A DNA stretch of 63,773 nucleotides, filler included, from Octopus bimaculoides (taxonomy: Eukaryota), in the NCBI RefSeq assembly GCF_001194135.2. It is 7 parts of 7 records of this genome, joined end to end, with 100 filler letters (N's around TTAATTAATTAA, not from the genome) between each part and the next. Parts side by side here need not be neighbours in the genome. Positions count along the whole stretch, not along the records: positions 9,052 to 33,125 come from NC_069006.1; 6 more parts are not named here. One strand, written 5' to 3'. The notes beneath the pieces were generated by a model that did not search any database, was not told the origin of the DNA, and saw only the letters and a program-made list of their open reading frames with translations. The position numbers and the translations under genes are program-made. Below are positions 14,270-28,312 of the stretch, piece after piece; the stretch's first letter is position 1; each line of letters begins with the position of its first letter.

Positions 14270-15423
14270 GAAGTAAAATGACAAGGAAATAAGAAATTAT
14301 ATCATTCCTTTGTCATTTTATTTAATTTCTTGTTACTGCTCTGTACTTGACTGACACTTTTTTTCTGGAGCATATCTATACTTGAGGTCTAACACCAGGT
14401 ATTGCTGTGCCAAAATGAAATAAAATTCCATCTGACCCATGCAAACATGGAAAAGTGGACATTACAATAATGATTGTGTGTGTAAAAATGCTATATATAG
14501 TATGTAAAATAACTGTGTTTTTATTCCCTCTGAGAGAGAGAGAGAGGGAGAGAGAGACGGACAAAAGCTGTATGTTGGTTAATTTAAGATGTGTTACCTG
14601 AATTGGTTGTGTTCTTGAGCAAGACACTCTATTTCATGTTGCTCCAGTTAACTCAGCTGTAGAAATGAGTTGCAATATCACTGGTGCCAAGCAGTATCGG
14701 CCCCTTTGCCTTTCTCTTGGATAACATTCATGGTATGGAGAGGGGTGAGGCTGGTATGCATGGGCGACTGATGGTCTTCCATAAACAACCTTGCCTAGAC
14801 TTGAGGCTGCCAGTCCCTTGAAGTGATGAATATAAGTTCCTGCAGCACTTTACCCAGTGTGACATCAAACTTCATTGCATAGCAAGCTTCCAAATTGTCT
14901 TCACGTCCTGACTGCACTCTGCTAAATGATCATCTGTGACAAGCAATGTATGAGGAGCATAGATGGTACAAGTGCTGGAGAAATGGGCCAGAGCAGAAGA
15001 GGCTTCTTGTAGAAGAACTACCTGACTACTCATATTTTAGAATTGTTGGGAGTGGAAGTGTTTTGGGTGGAGCTGGAAAGAGGTAAAAATAGTGGTGATG
15101 AGGTGTCAAGGTGGACCTTGAAAATATGAGGTGAGCTGGAATGAATGTCTGACAGAATCCACTTTAACAGCCATTACTGTAATCATTGCATAAACTTGTA
15201 TTCATGCCAAAGGTAGCCAGACATCAAACAAGATGGATCGCAAGTAGATTTTCACAGTGTTTTGAGTACTGTGGGTGGAATTGTTATCACAGTGCAAGCC
15301 AGGCTCTATTGCCTGACCCTTATCTTCACCATGTTGAACTGCTGAGCCTAGCAGTCTTTTGATTTATGCAGAACATAAATAACGTACAATTGTTTGCTCA
15401 AGGAGTGTTGATGTGAAGATATG

Positions 15424-15468
<45 letters not shown>

Positions 15469-16030
15469 CATCCGCTTCCCATGCTAGCATGGGTTGGACA
15501 CTAGTATAATTTCTGTATATGTGCATCTCACTCTCTTTGTGTGTGTGTGTATGTATACATACATACATACATACATACACACACACACGCAATTTGTGTC
15601 TATATGCTTGTGAAATTCAGTGCTGGGACAGTGTAGGCTCTCCTCACTGGAGATTCCACAATCACTGTTAATATTTCAACAAAAGCAGTCCACCCCTCCC
15701 ACTCCCACTGCACATACACAACATACAAGACTTACAGCATTGAACTGTGGTAGCGATGCTCCAGAATGAGCCTGTTTGTGACACCTAAAATCAACTCGAA
15801 AAAAAAAAAAAAGAAAAGCCATTCATTGACTAATGTCCTGGTGGTGGTGGTGGTGGTGGTGGTGTGTGTGAATCAACTTCTACTTTTTGTGGAGTTTGAT
15901 TCAAAGACTCAGCTGAGAAAATTGAGTTATGTGAAGTATTTCATTAAACTCATTCATTACACACACACACACACACTGGGAGGGGGGGGGAGAGGGAATG
16001 TTTTTATACAATTGAAATGATCCAAATACA

Positions 16031-16086
<56 letters not shown>

Positions 16087-16365
16087 ATGCATCACTTGCA
16101 CTGACAGACTGATAATTATTTGTTAAAGTGAGAGGAGAAATATAATGGTGGTGGCAGCATTGCAGTTGCAGTTCTGCTGCCCTGCGTTGCACTCTGCTGC
16201 ACTATACTGCACTGCTCATTATGATGCATTTATTTCATTGAAATGTGTTTACGGTGTAGCAGCCTTTTTTGTAGCTTTGAAATATTGATGATCCTTCTGA
16301 CACCTTTCACACACACACACACACTAGCACATGCACATACATACACACACTCATGTACAGACATG

Positions 16366-16412
<47 letters not shown>

Positions 16413-17453
16413 AAGAGCTAGGCCTAACCATAACCGTGTGTTTAAGAAATGCCCTTTGAAATTGCATGGTTCCAGATTTATGGAAATCCTCAAATTCAAC
16501 CCAGCCCCCTATTTTCAATGCTCAGAGAACCAGAACCAGCCATAGTTTTTGCAGCTGAACTTTTCAGGATTCACTGATTATTTATAAATAGAAATTCTAA
16601 AAGAATGAGGGAGATATTTGCATGACAATATTGGTGGCTTGTTTTTAGTAAAACAGTCAAAGCTGCTGATATTCTGGGGAACATTGGGGTGAGGTGGGGG
16701 GTACAAAAGGAGAACCTCTGATGTGACATTGAACAATGTTTTTTTTTTTATTAGAAGTGGTGATGGTCATCTGTTCCCCTGTTGTGTTATTAGTTATTTT
16801 AATAAAAGGCTCCAGCTGGTTTATGACTAAAAGTATTTCAACTATGGCCTTCCCATCTTGTTTGCATCTAAAACTCCTGTATTCAATTTGTTCATTTTGT
16901 TTGACAGTGATGTGTAGAATTTTAGAGAGGTTTGGTTGCTATTTTTAGCAGGTTATACGACCTCACATAGACTTCCTTGTTTGTCATATTTATATCAGTG
17001 GTTTTGTAGCAAGGAAGATCTTGTTTCTATTTCTGGTAGGTGGATGTGTATTTAGTCTCTTTTGTTGGCTTATGAAATAGAATGGTTCCAACTAGAGGCA
17101 AAGAGAGATCTTGTATCAGCCAGAGCCATAAAATCAATTGTAAAACTCATTCATAGACAATAAAGAAAAGAAAAACTGATTCCTTTCTCCTGGATGTTGT
17201 TATCTTCCTTCAACTTTAGTTTTCATTTTTTGTATTTTTATGAACAGTTTTGGCTCTTAACCCTTAACCCTGCTGTTTTTAGAATGAACACAGAATAATG
17301 TGGTTGTGGATCCTCTGTATATCTGAAGGCAGTGAGATGGCCACATCTGGAATATCTTTTACCATAAGTTTTTTTTTAATAACCCTTTAGTATTTAAACT
17401 GGCCAATCTGGCCCCAAATATTCTATCAGTTTTATTTTCAAACTGGAATACAC

Positions 17454-17490
<37 letters not shown>

Positions 17491-17674
17491 AAGTCCCATA
17501 ACTTAGTGGTTTGGCAAAAGACATTGATAGAATAAGTCTTAAACTTAAAATATAATCCTGGAGTCGATTTGTTCAACTCATACCCTTACAGGTAATGCAC
17601 CAGCATGGCCGCAGTCAAATGACTGAAACAAGTAAAAAAAAAAGAGTAAACTGTGCACACACGCCCACATACAT

Positions 17675-17887
<213 letters not shown>

Positions 17888-19155
17888 GGAATTTTATTTG
17901 GTTTTTAAATGGTGTGTATATGTGTGAGAAATTATTGAATTGCTAATATTTCCTTTAAATTTGTTGCTAATAGCAACCCATCTGCCTTCCCCATTCCACC
18001 ACTGTCAGACCACACCCCAATTACCACAGAAATAGTAGGAAATGTTACCCCAAATAACTGAAACAGCTGGGTTTTGTTTTTACCTGACTGGTTGCCCTGG
18101 TGACTGTAAACTTATCATGACTACTACCACCAGCAACAACAACAACAACAACAACAACAACAGTTCTGAAGTTTCATTTCAATAATTACTCCATTATTGA
18201 ATTAGAATCTTTGGGTAGAATCTTCACCATCATCATCATCAACATATTCATCATTATCAGCATCCTTATCATTAACATATTTTTTCTTTATCATCATCAT
18301 CATCATCATCATTAACATGTTCATCATAATTTTCATGATGATGATCACCATCATCATCGCCATGATTATCCTCCTCATCTTCTACACACCCTCTGTATCA
18401 ACATCCTCTCAAAATGATAGTTGTTGCACTCCCCACCCCTGTCAATGTTGTCTTTGTGGAATTCCTCTCTTCTGAGTCCTTTACTTAGTCATCTTGAACT
18501 AACTCATTCCAACTGTTGTTCTCAGTTATTCTCCAAACACACACACACACACACACACCAATGTATATTTGTCTTAGTTCACCCGTTTGCTTATCCAGAC
18601 TTTACCCCTGCCTCAGAAGTTGACTTATGTTATTATCCTTCACCTTTCCCTCTTATCTAGCCTCACTCATTAACCACACACTTTCCTTGTAACAACCACA
18701 CCATAAGTTCTCCTCCTCCTTTAACCGTTGTCTGTGCCACATCTTGTTACAATAAAGTTGTTTAGTCCTTCACTAATGTAACTCTTCCCCACTTCTTGGA
18801 AGAGTAACTCTTCTTCTTGAGTAACTCTTACTTCTTGAGTAACTCTTCCCTACTTCTTGTCGGACAACCATTTAAGGTTATAACAACAGATTAACCTTTT
18901 GCCATTCAGATTATCCTCTCAAATCTAATCCTTATTCATTCACATTGTTTTGAATTAGTCCTGCATTATCTTGTAGTTCTGAGATTTCGATGACGTGATT
19001 GTAGATTTTTAAAATGACATTGGAGGCTAGGTGTGAGAGGCCAGTTTCAACAAATCTTGCAGAAGATGTTGGCTGGATCTGTACAGTTTAGATGCTAATG
19101 GGTCAATAATCGGTAGATGTGGAGTTCTAACTTTTTGTTTGAATCACCAAACCTG

Positions 19156-19201
<46 letters not shown>

Positions 19202-19370
19202 GAATGAAGGAAATGTTCTCTGTGTGGCCTGTGTGTTTTCTGTGCTCTGTTTATGTTCTGTTTCTCATTCTGTTCATGTTTTTTTGTAACGTTCTGTACC
19301 CAGATATGCATCTATATATACATGTAGATGTAGGTACGTATATATGCATATACTCACATATTATTTGTAT

Positions 19371-19412
<42 letters not shown>

Positions 19413-19415
<3 letters not shown>

Positions 19416-19775
19416 GGGTTGGACAAAATAATAGAAACACCTTAAAGTACCAGGCTTCCAAAGAATAAGTTCTGGAGTCGATTTGCTCGACTAAAAGGCG
19501 GTGCTCCAGCATGGCCGCAGTCAAATGACTGAAACAAGTAAAAGAGAATAAAAGAGAATGCCATTCAGTAACAACTTTAGCTGTGTGAATTGGTGCATTG
19601 TCACCGTGGGAGATTGCGTTTCCCTCCGGAAACAGTTCCACGACCACAGGATGAATTTGATGAATCTGATCATAGAAAATGCTTGAATAGTCTTCACTAT
19701 TAAGGTGGTCATTAAGTTCAGCAGTGATTTTGGAAGCTCCACTTTTCTGATCCTTTCTAACAATTCGCATAAGAG
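19413..19775 (-). mobile_element. Tc1-family transposon remnant (internal deletion) interrupted by a SINE fragment
   Basis: TIR-like CAGGGGTTGGACAAAATAATAGAAACACC at 19413. Minus ORF joins the HTH part RIVRKDQKSGASKITAELNDHL to the DDE part VELFPEGNAISHGDNAPIHTAKVVTEW. SINE B tail at 19445-19557. Confidence 0.8.
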
Positions 19776-19859
19776 TCCGACAGTCCCTATCTGAAAGTTT
19801 TAGTTTTCTTTTGGAGTTTTATTTCTAGAGTGATGTAAATGCTACGAAACATTGTGAAA

Positions 19860-19995
19860 AAACAAAAGCTCGTCTATTATAGCCAAATTCAAAGGGACAG
19901 AGGTCTTGGAGACATTATCATAGAAGGAAGAGTAGAGGGAGGGTAGATTGAGAGTCGAGCGAGGAATGCAATGGATGGACAATATGATGAGATGG
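19860..19995 (+). mobile_element. RTE (BovB-like) LINE 3' fragment
   Basis: KQKLVYYSQIQRDRGLGDIIIEGRVEG...(fs)RGMQWMDNM matches the RTE C-terminus KL.YFGHI.R...I.EG.VEG.R.RGR..RW.D. Confidence 0.6.
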
Positions 19996-22699
19996 TTGGA
20001 CAAGGCAGCTGGAGAATTGGCTCTTAATTGGGAAGGCTTTTGTTTTGTGTGTTCGATGCCATGCAGGCATACGATACATAGCGATGATTATGAGATGTGT
20101 CTTTTTGATTCCTAAGTATTTTGTTGAATGGAAGTAGTGCATTGTCTATGTTGGTGACAATGGGGGGTGGGGTGGGGTGGAGAAGGTGGGAGAAATTCTG
20201 AAAAGTTTGAATCTGTCTTTTGATGGAACGCATTTCCATTTGGTTTTCTTTGAAGTTTAATAAAGTATTTCTGCTTCCTTTGTTGATGTGCACAGTGGAT
20301 GGGTTACCTAATCAGACTGAGCCCAATATCTTAGCTCAGAGACAAATGCAGGAACTGCCCTTCCTTCTCCACTGTAATCAGGGTAAGGATTAAGAATGTT
20401 CCAGTTGATTGATTATCTATTTACAAATCAATCCAATCATTTCTTAGTTCCCCACCTCTCACTCTCTCTCTCTCCTCTCACTCTCTCTCTCTCCTCTCAC
20501 TCTCTCTCCTCTCACTCTCTCTCNNNNNNNNNNNNNNNNNNNNNNNNNNNNNNNNNNNNNNNNNNNNNNNNNNNNNNNNNNNNNNNNNNNNNNNNNNNNN
20601 NNNNNNNNNNNNNNNNNNNNNNNNNNNNNNNNNNNNNNNNNNNNNNNNNNNNNNNNNNNNNNNNNNNNNNNNNNNNNNNNNNNNNNNNNNNNNNNNNNNN
20701 NNNNNNNNNNNNNNNNNNNNNNNNNNNNNNNNNNNNNNNNNNNNNNNNNNNNNNNNNNNNNNNNNNNNNNNNNNNNNNNNNNNNNNNNNNNNNNNNNNNN
20801 NNNNNNNNNNNNNNNNNNNNNNNNNNNNNNNNNNNNNNNNNNNNNNNNNNNNNNNNNNNNNNNNNNNNNNNNNNNNNNNNNNNNNNNCCTCTCACTCTCT
20901 CTCTCTCCTCTCACTCTCTCTCCTCTCACTCTCCCCTTTTCTCTTTCTTTTTATCCATTTCTTTTCTCTAAATTCTTTAACAAATCTGTTGACTTCTTTT
21001 GAGATGAGAAATGAAAAATTTGTTGCTGTTTTTGTTTAGCTCCAGCTGAATCCTGAGCAGACTTATGAAGGAAGGTCATTCCAGCCATGACCATCCTATC
21101 TTGTCTTTTTTTTCTAAGAAGGAAGGATGTAATTTTGACTTTGATTTCTAGCATGTCTTGCAACCACATCTAGAAGCTCTGCTACTGTTGATGTTTCATA
21201 TTAATGTACCAGTGAACTGAGTGTGTGTGTGTGTGTGTGTGTGTGTACATGCAAGAGAGGCTGCTCTGTTGGTACCTGAAGATGTTAAAAACCAGGTCGG
21301 CCCTGATCCAATTCCAGTACACCTATTATCAGAGGTGTTTTTAACCATGGCCATCCCAACATATTTTTAGCTGTAGTGTATATAAGACTATATATTCAAA
21401 CTGTTCTTGTTTTAAAGATGAAAGTATAACTGAGGGAAGTTTGGCTACTGTTTCTAGGATGCCTGCTGATGCAGACTATAGAGTTGCTAACTGTACAACT
21501 GTCACCAGAAGGATGACAAACCTATCATCATCATCATCATCATCTCATTAACAACAATAACAGTAATAATTTCTTTCTACTACCACCATAAGACTGCAGA
21601 TAAGAGTCAAATGACCAGGAACTGCATGAACTCCTCTACTACGCCTACTGGCACCACCTCTACAACAATGCTCATTCTAACTTTACAATAATACTCACCT
21701 GCTATCATAATTACTACCATCACTATCATTATCACCATCACCAGCAATAACAAATGGGAACTGTGTGAGGGTGGGGTGGGGGATAAGGGGAGAATTGTTC
21801 CTAAGTCAGCCTTAATCCAGCCAATCCATTCCTCAGACATAGTATGTCTAGCAGCACTGTGTGCACTGAGGGTGATTTGGTTGCTATTTTTAGCAAGTGG
21901 CCATTGCTGCGGTTAACTTGTTGTGTAGCCCCAATCAACCCTGATTCAGCAGACATATGATTAAATATGATTAAAGACAGATGGATAGGGACAGGCAGAT
22001 AGACTAATTCAGTGTCTCCACATGCCATACCTGTTTATGGAAGAACACTGTTCTGGGGTGGGGGTCGGGGTGTTCCAGCTGCCATCACTTGAAATAACAT
22101 GAGATCCGTGCCAGATTATTGTAAGAACTACTGACTAAACTACTACATGTGGAACCATAATTTTAGATTCTGTCTGGAGGAGATGATAATGTTGTTACAG
22201 TATTCAGCTATTTTCTGCTCTGAAGAATAAAACATACAGAAGCTATGTGTGTGTGTGTGTGTGTGTGTTTCTGTCTGTGGTTATATCTGTCTTGCGTGTG
22301 TGTGTATGTTGTTTTATATCCAGTATTTTATTCCTTCCCCATCAAGTTATTTAGTTCAGACCCCTGTATCAGCCGGCTTCCTTCTCCACCACCACCACCT
22401 TTTCCCTCACTTCCGATTCTAAGTCTCCGAGTATTTATGTAATTTTTGTTTGGTTGTTGTTTTAGTCCTGCTGCTGCTGTGTTAGTGTGTGTATTTGTGT
22501 GTGTAAAAATGTATGTACCTACGAACGGTTGGGGTGGGGGTCTTCTATGTAATTGTTGTTCTTGCAAGAAATAGTAATTAAGTCTCTCTCAAATACCACC
22601 CTACCATCTTAAACAGAAAGGACAGACTGGTTAATTGTATGTGGTCCTAAATAGGATGGTCATGGCTGGGTTGCTGCTTACCATAGGTCTTACTGCATT

Positions 22700-22915
22700 A
22701 AATATCGGTTTCAAATTTTGGCACAAAGCCAGTAACTTCGCGGGAGGGACAAGTCAGTTGTATTGACCCCAATATTCAACTGGTACTTTATAGATCCTGA
22801 AAGGGTTAAAGGTGAAGTCGACCTCAGCAGTATTTGAACTCAGAACACAAAGCAGGGCAGGATGCTCAGTGGCCTTTTGCCCGGTGTTCGAACAACTTTG
22901 CCAGCTTGCTGCCCT
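22700..22915 (-). mobile_element. SINE family A
   Basis: Reverse complement of the family A body (aaggtgaagtcgacctcagcagtatttgaactcagaa). Confidence 0.75.
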
Positions 22916-24273
22916 TTTTTATGCCGAAAACATTAATTCTGATCAATCTGACTTATGATCAAAGTTGTTATTGCTGTGGACATACAGACATGTCTACCTA
23001 GGACTACATTTATCTGATGTCCTCATTGTGTTAGCTTTTATTTGTTTTAGTCATTAATCTGTGGCCATGCTAGAGTACTGCCCTGAAGACTTTGTCAAAT
23101 GACCCCCCCCCCTTCTTTAAGCCTGGTACTAATTCTATCAGTCTCTGTTGCCAAACTGCTAAGTTACAAGAACATAAACATTCCAACATTGGTTGTCAAG
23201 TATTGATGGAGGACAAACACACACACATGCAGCAGGATTCTTTCTGTTGCCATCTGCCAAATCCACTCACAGGACTTTGAACTCAGGGCTATAATAGAAG
23301 ACACTTGCCTAAGGTGCTGCATGGTGGGATTAAACTCAAGATCACATGGTTGGGAAGCAAGTTTCTTAACATAGATCTATATCTGCACCTTTTATATAAA
23401 TGGTGAATTGTCTAGATGTATGAGTGTCTTGTCTTTTTAGAAATTCTAAAATGTACCCCAACAATATCACATCATTCGCCAACTCACAGGGTTGGGTGAG
23501 AGGGGTTTTAAACCCTTAATTTTGTGAAATAACTACCAAAACTCACTTCAGCTACACACTACTATTGTCTGTTGAGAAGGTAGGTGCTGAAATAGAGGAG
23601 TACATCTGTCAATGTTTCTTTGTTTCCCTTTCTGGAATGGTAGAATGGAGAGCAAAAGAGAATGAGAGATACACACGAAGAGAGACAGGGAGGACAAAGA
23701 TGATGGGAATACTGGTGGTGGATGTACTCTTTCTCCCTTTCTGACAGAGTAGATTAGAGAGATAGAGAGGGATGACAGGCGAGTGATGGCCATGGCTGGA
23801 TGCAAAGAGACAAAAGTCATTGTTGAAAAATGTAATTTGTTCTGCAAAATGAGAAGAAATCCAATGACAGTATTTTCAATGTCTTTCATTTCTGTTCTCT
23901 TCCACCATCCTGCTTTCCAATGATGGTGGCATTTCTGCTCTTTTCGGAACTGCAGGATTTGACCCTAATCCTGGCAGGGTGGCTAATGGGTGCTATGCCT
24001 TGCCAAAGAAAGGGCAACCCATGATTTTTGTCTGGGACTGCTCATTGAGCATTTGTTGCTGATCTGTATATCTAGACCCCATCCCCTATTTGCAAGCTGG
24101 GGACCCAATGGATGGGACTTATCCATCACCACACCATTCAGTCACCTTTACTATGTGGAAACTGGGTTATGGGGTTCATGAATTCTAGGGTTTGAGAGAG
24201 AGAGACTTGTAGTTTATACTAATCCAGCCTTGGAACTCTTTTTTTTTTTACATATATATATTTAATTTTGTGT

Positions 24274-24327
<54 letters not shown>

Positions 24328-25759
24328 AAAAAAATATATCTCACAGTACAACAGCAACAACATTATTTTTTGTTAGTCACTTATTTTTTATTGTTGACAT
24401 ATTGAAATAATAGAAAAAGAGAAGCAAAGTCTCCCATGGTCAATGTATTTCTGTTCACAGCTGTAGATAGGTTTTTCACATAGGAATGTGTATATATTTG
24501 TAACAAATGACATTGTCTTTTTCTTCATAATAACATCTAGTCATTAGATAGAAATAAAAGCAGGTTATGACAGTTGTCTGTGTGTATGCACTCACATCTA
24601 CATAAATCCATTAAGGTATCTTTGCTTATGCATACATATGTACACATACACTCACATAGATATAAGACTTTGATAAATCCCATTGCAAAGTGTGAGCGTT
24701 GCAGCCATTCTTGTTCAACTTCAGTTTAGCCTTGAGCTAACAGATTTACTCTAATCTATGACCAAAAGCTGTTCCAAGTGTTGCCACACAACTTTTTTGT
24801 ATATCCAAGAAATTTGACTGTTCATCCTGCTATTTCTAGCTGTATGTGCAACCACACAGAGGCCTCTTTGTTATTTTGTATAAAAAGCCCCGAACTCTTA
24901 GATGGTATTCTTTTATATCCAAGATCCCCATATAACATCAACACTTGCTTCTTTTTTTTTTTTTTTTGCAATCATTCTATCCAGCATTCAGTTTGAGAAT
25001 GAGTTCCTCTTTTCCTTCACTTTTTCACCCCATCCCTCACCAAATCATTGTCTCTTTCTCAGACAACACATAATTGACAATTACACTAAAGACATTCTCT
25101 TCTAAAAATTATACAAACTTGCAGGATCCAAGGAAATTCCACAGTGTAAGCCGGCATATTTGAAAACATTATGTTACTATATTGAACACAACCAAAGAAA
25201 TTTTTTAAAATTCCTTTGAAACTGTTTTTTAGTCAAAACTGTATTTTAAAATATAATTGAAATGAATTTAGAAGGCACAAATGGGCAGGAAACCAAATTC
25301 CATGTTGGGCCTAATTAAACAGACTAATTATTTCTAACATATTTTTGGAGGTGAGGTTAGTTCATGAAGTCAATCCCAGTGTTATTGAACTTGAAAGAAT
25401 GAAAAGCTAAGTTTATCTCGGTAGGAGTTGAACTCAATATGTCAAGAACCATAGCTAAGTTCCTACAAGGTCATTTGTCTGGTATTCTAACAGTCTTGAC
25501 TGTCCCACACCCTGATCAATTCTTTTAATTTGGCACAAAGGCACCATTACACAGACAAGTGACAGTTCAGTGAAGGATTTACATTGAAAGGTGCCATTTA
25601 ATCTGACCACTGGACAGAAGCCACTATGTGTGTCCGTGTCCGTCCATTGGAAATTGAGCAATCAGAGGTTGTAGCAGTGACTCTCACTCTAGTTCCTTGC
25701 CCATTTACTTTTCTCTTTTGACTCTATTGACTCTAGTAGTCATATTAGTAGTGGTGGTA

Positions 25760-25960
25760 ATAAACTTTCTAGGTGCAATTCCACGGTCATTCATGATTGA
25801 AGGAGGTCTTTACCCTTACACACACACACTTTGTATAAAACAATTTGTTTATGTATGTATGGACAAATTTCTTCCAAAAATCCCGGACCAACCTCCTACA
25901 CCCGGATATGTATCCAACAATAACTCTTTGCTAGAGTGGGCCATGGTGCCCCATATATGA
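25760..25960 (+). mobile_element. CR1-like LINE 3' fragment
   Basis: DKFLPKIPDQPPTPGYVSNNNSLLEW, a typical CR1-group ORF2 C-terminus (LD.FL..IPD.P...GY...NSL). Confidence 0.55.
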
Positions 25961-26764
25961 CTAAAAGACTTCTCCAGTTGGTGCTGTTGAGTTAGACATG
26001 GCCTGGGTCTATACTGGCCGAAACCTATCAATGTTATCATAAACATCACATCCACATTTCCAAGCTTGCATGGGTTAGAAGCAATTCAGTGAGGCAGGTC
26101 TTTTACAGTTGGATGGCCTCCCAGCCACCAGCTCCCACATGTTTCCAAATAATGCAATACTTCCCCATGATAGGACATGTTTTCCACAGAAGACTGGAAG
26201 TGGATGACATTGTATGACTGATATTCATTTGCAATCATCACATGATATTAGGACAAGAGAACACACACACACTTTTCACTTTCCTTCTGCTAAATCCATT
26301 CACAAGGCTTTGGTCAGTCTGAGGTTATCGTAAAAGACACGTGCCTAAGGTGCCGTGCTGTGCAACTGAACTTGAAACCCTGTGGTTTGGAAGCAACCCA
26401 CAGTCATTCCTTCAACTAGATATAAATACAACTTATTTGTGCATATATATGTAACTGTGTATATAGCAGTGTGTAAAATAACCAAGAACTCACACAGTAT
26501 CGTCCTTAGTGTAACGGGAGATAATTCAGCCCCTTTGCTTTTAGATTTAAAGTCTTAAAGGGAGTTCCTTTTTAACTATCAAAATTGCATGGCAAGTTGA
26601 AGTTGATTGATTTTCCCATCTGCTATATTTTTGTATGTGAAATCTGTGCAAGCTGCTTGCTGGATTTTCTTATCACTACAGCAGCAAGTAGAGTGAATTT
26701 TGTTTCAATTGGTTTTGTGTTAAAATGTTAAACATATGGTTGTTGTTGGTATTATTATGATGAA

Positions 26765-26970
26765 CCTGCAGAATTGTTAGCACGCCGGGTAAAATGCTTA
26801 GCGACATTTCGCCCATCTCTACATTCTGAGTTCAAAATCCGCTAAGGTTGACTTTACCTTTCATCCTTCTGGGGTCAATAAAATATCAGTTGAACTCTGG
26901 GGTCGATGTATCCTCCGCCCACTAAATTTCAGGTCTTGTGCCTAAGGCAAAGGATTATTATTATTATTGT
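26765..26970 (+). mobile_element. SINE family A
   Basis: Head gcagaattgttagcacgccgg, B-box, body and (ATT)n tail. Confidence 0.8.
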
Positions 26971-27186
26971 AGTGTAGCTTGGTCCTTAAAGGGTCAGATC
27001 ACTGGTTCATGTACATAAGTGGGCCATCATCTCTGTCAGATACAGCACTCTAGATATTGAGGGTCACACTGTGCACCTTGACATACACTCACCTGAAATA
27101 CGATCGTTTTGATCAAAGTCTTACTCCAGTGATTCCCACTACTAAGGACCCTTTTTTTTTTTTATTTAAATGAGTTTTCCCACAGT

Positions 27187-27220
27187 TTGGGTTGGCCAAA
27201 ATGTCGGTTCGGTTTTTTGA
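27187..27220 (+). mobile_element. Isolated mariner-like TIR fragment
   Basis: TTGGGTTGGCCAAAATGTCGGTTCGGTTTT resembles mariner termini. No partner end found. Confidence 0.3.
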
Positions 27221-28255
27221 AGTGAAAAGACACAAAACCAGAAATTTGAAGGATGGAGGTGTGTGTGTGTGTGGGGGGGGGGTACTTATCATGGTTTACG
27301 ATCTCATTACTGCACTGGTAATTTATTTTTATTGAGCCCAGGAGAATGGAAGATATACTTGACTTTTGCCGGATTTGAACTCACTGTAAAACTGCTGAAA
27401 TATTCGAGAATTCTGCCAAATCATCGTCCTAATTATGATTATGGTGGTGCTGCTACTGTTACTACTACTACTACTACTGATGATGATGATGGTAGTGGTG
27501 GTGGTTGTGTCATTAATGGTAGTTATCGTTTCATTGTTGTGAATGTCAATTAATTTCTGAATTACCGATAATGAACGAGCATTAACTTTCGTTCACTGAA
27601 CAAAGAAACGAAGAATTTCATCGAAAGAAAAAAAAATCCCCAAACAGTTTAGCAGCAGCAGCATGTCGATGCCAACAGTGTGTGTGTGTGTGGTGGTACC
27701 CCTGGGCTACAAATGCCATCTTTACCATGACCACCTCCAAACACTGCCACTCTCCTTGCTCCTCCAAACTACATTATTGATGGTCGTGGCTACAACAAAC
27801 TCGAAACTAATAAAAGAATTTCTGAATAGTCGCTCAACTTGCTAGAAATATCAACCAGGTTCTCCTCACATCACGTCTTAATATTTTGTAAAGAGAAGGA
27901 CATAGTAATGCTCGATATACAAAAGAAGGGGGTGGCCCCTACGATAGTTTTAATTTTTTTTTTTTTGTATCATGAGACTGATTCTTTCAGCTCTTAACGC
28001 AACTTCTACCCCATCCCCACCTTGCTGTATTATGTACAGTGTGTGTGTGCGCGCGCGCGTGTGTGTGTGTGTGTTCTTTACTGTATATACACAGTAACTT
28101 CACACATGACTACACTACTGAACAGATCATAATGTGTTTGAGTGTGTGTGTGTGTACCTTTATCTGTATTTGTGTGAGTTTGTCCATACATACATATAAA
28201 CACACACATATACATACATACATACACACACATATACATACATACATACATATAT

Positions 28256-28312
<57 letters not shown>

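Noticed and set aside
23547-23587. 40-nt minus-strand segment with good acceptor and gtgagt donor
   Set aside because: Stop codons in all three frames, so not coding. No other support.
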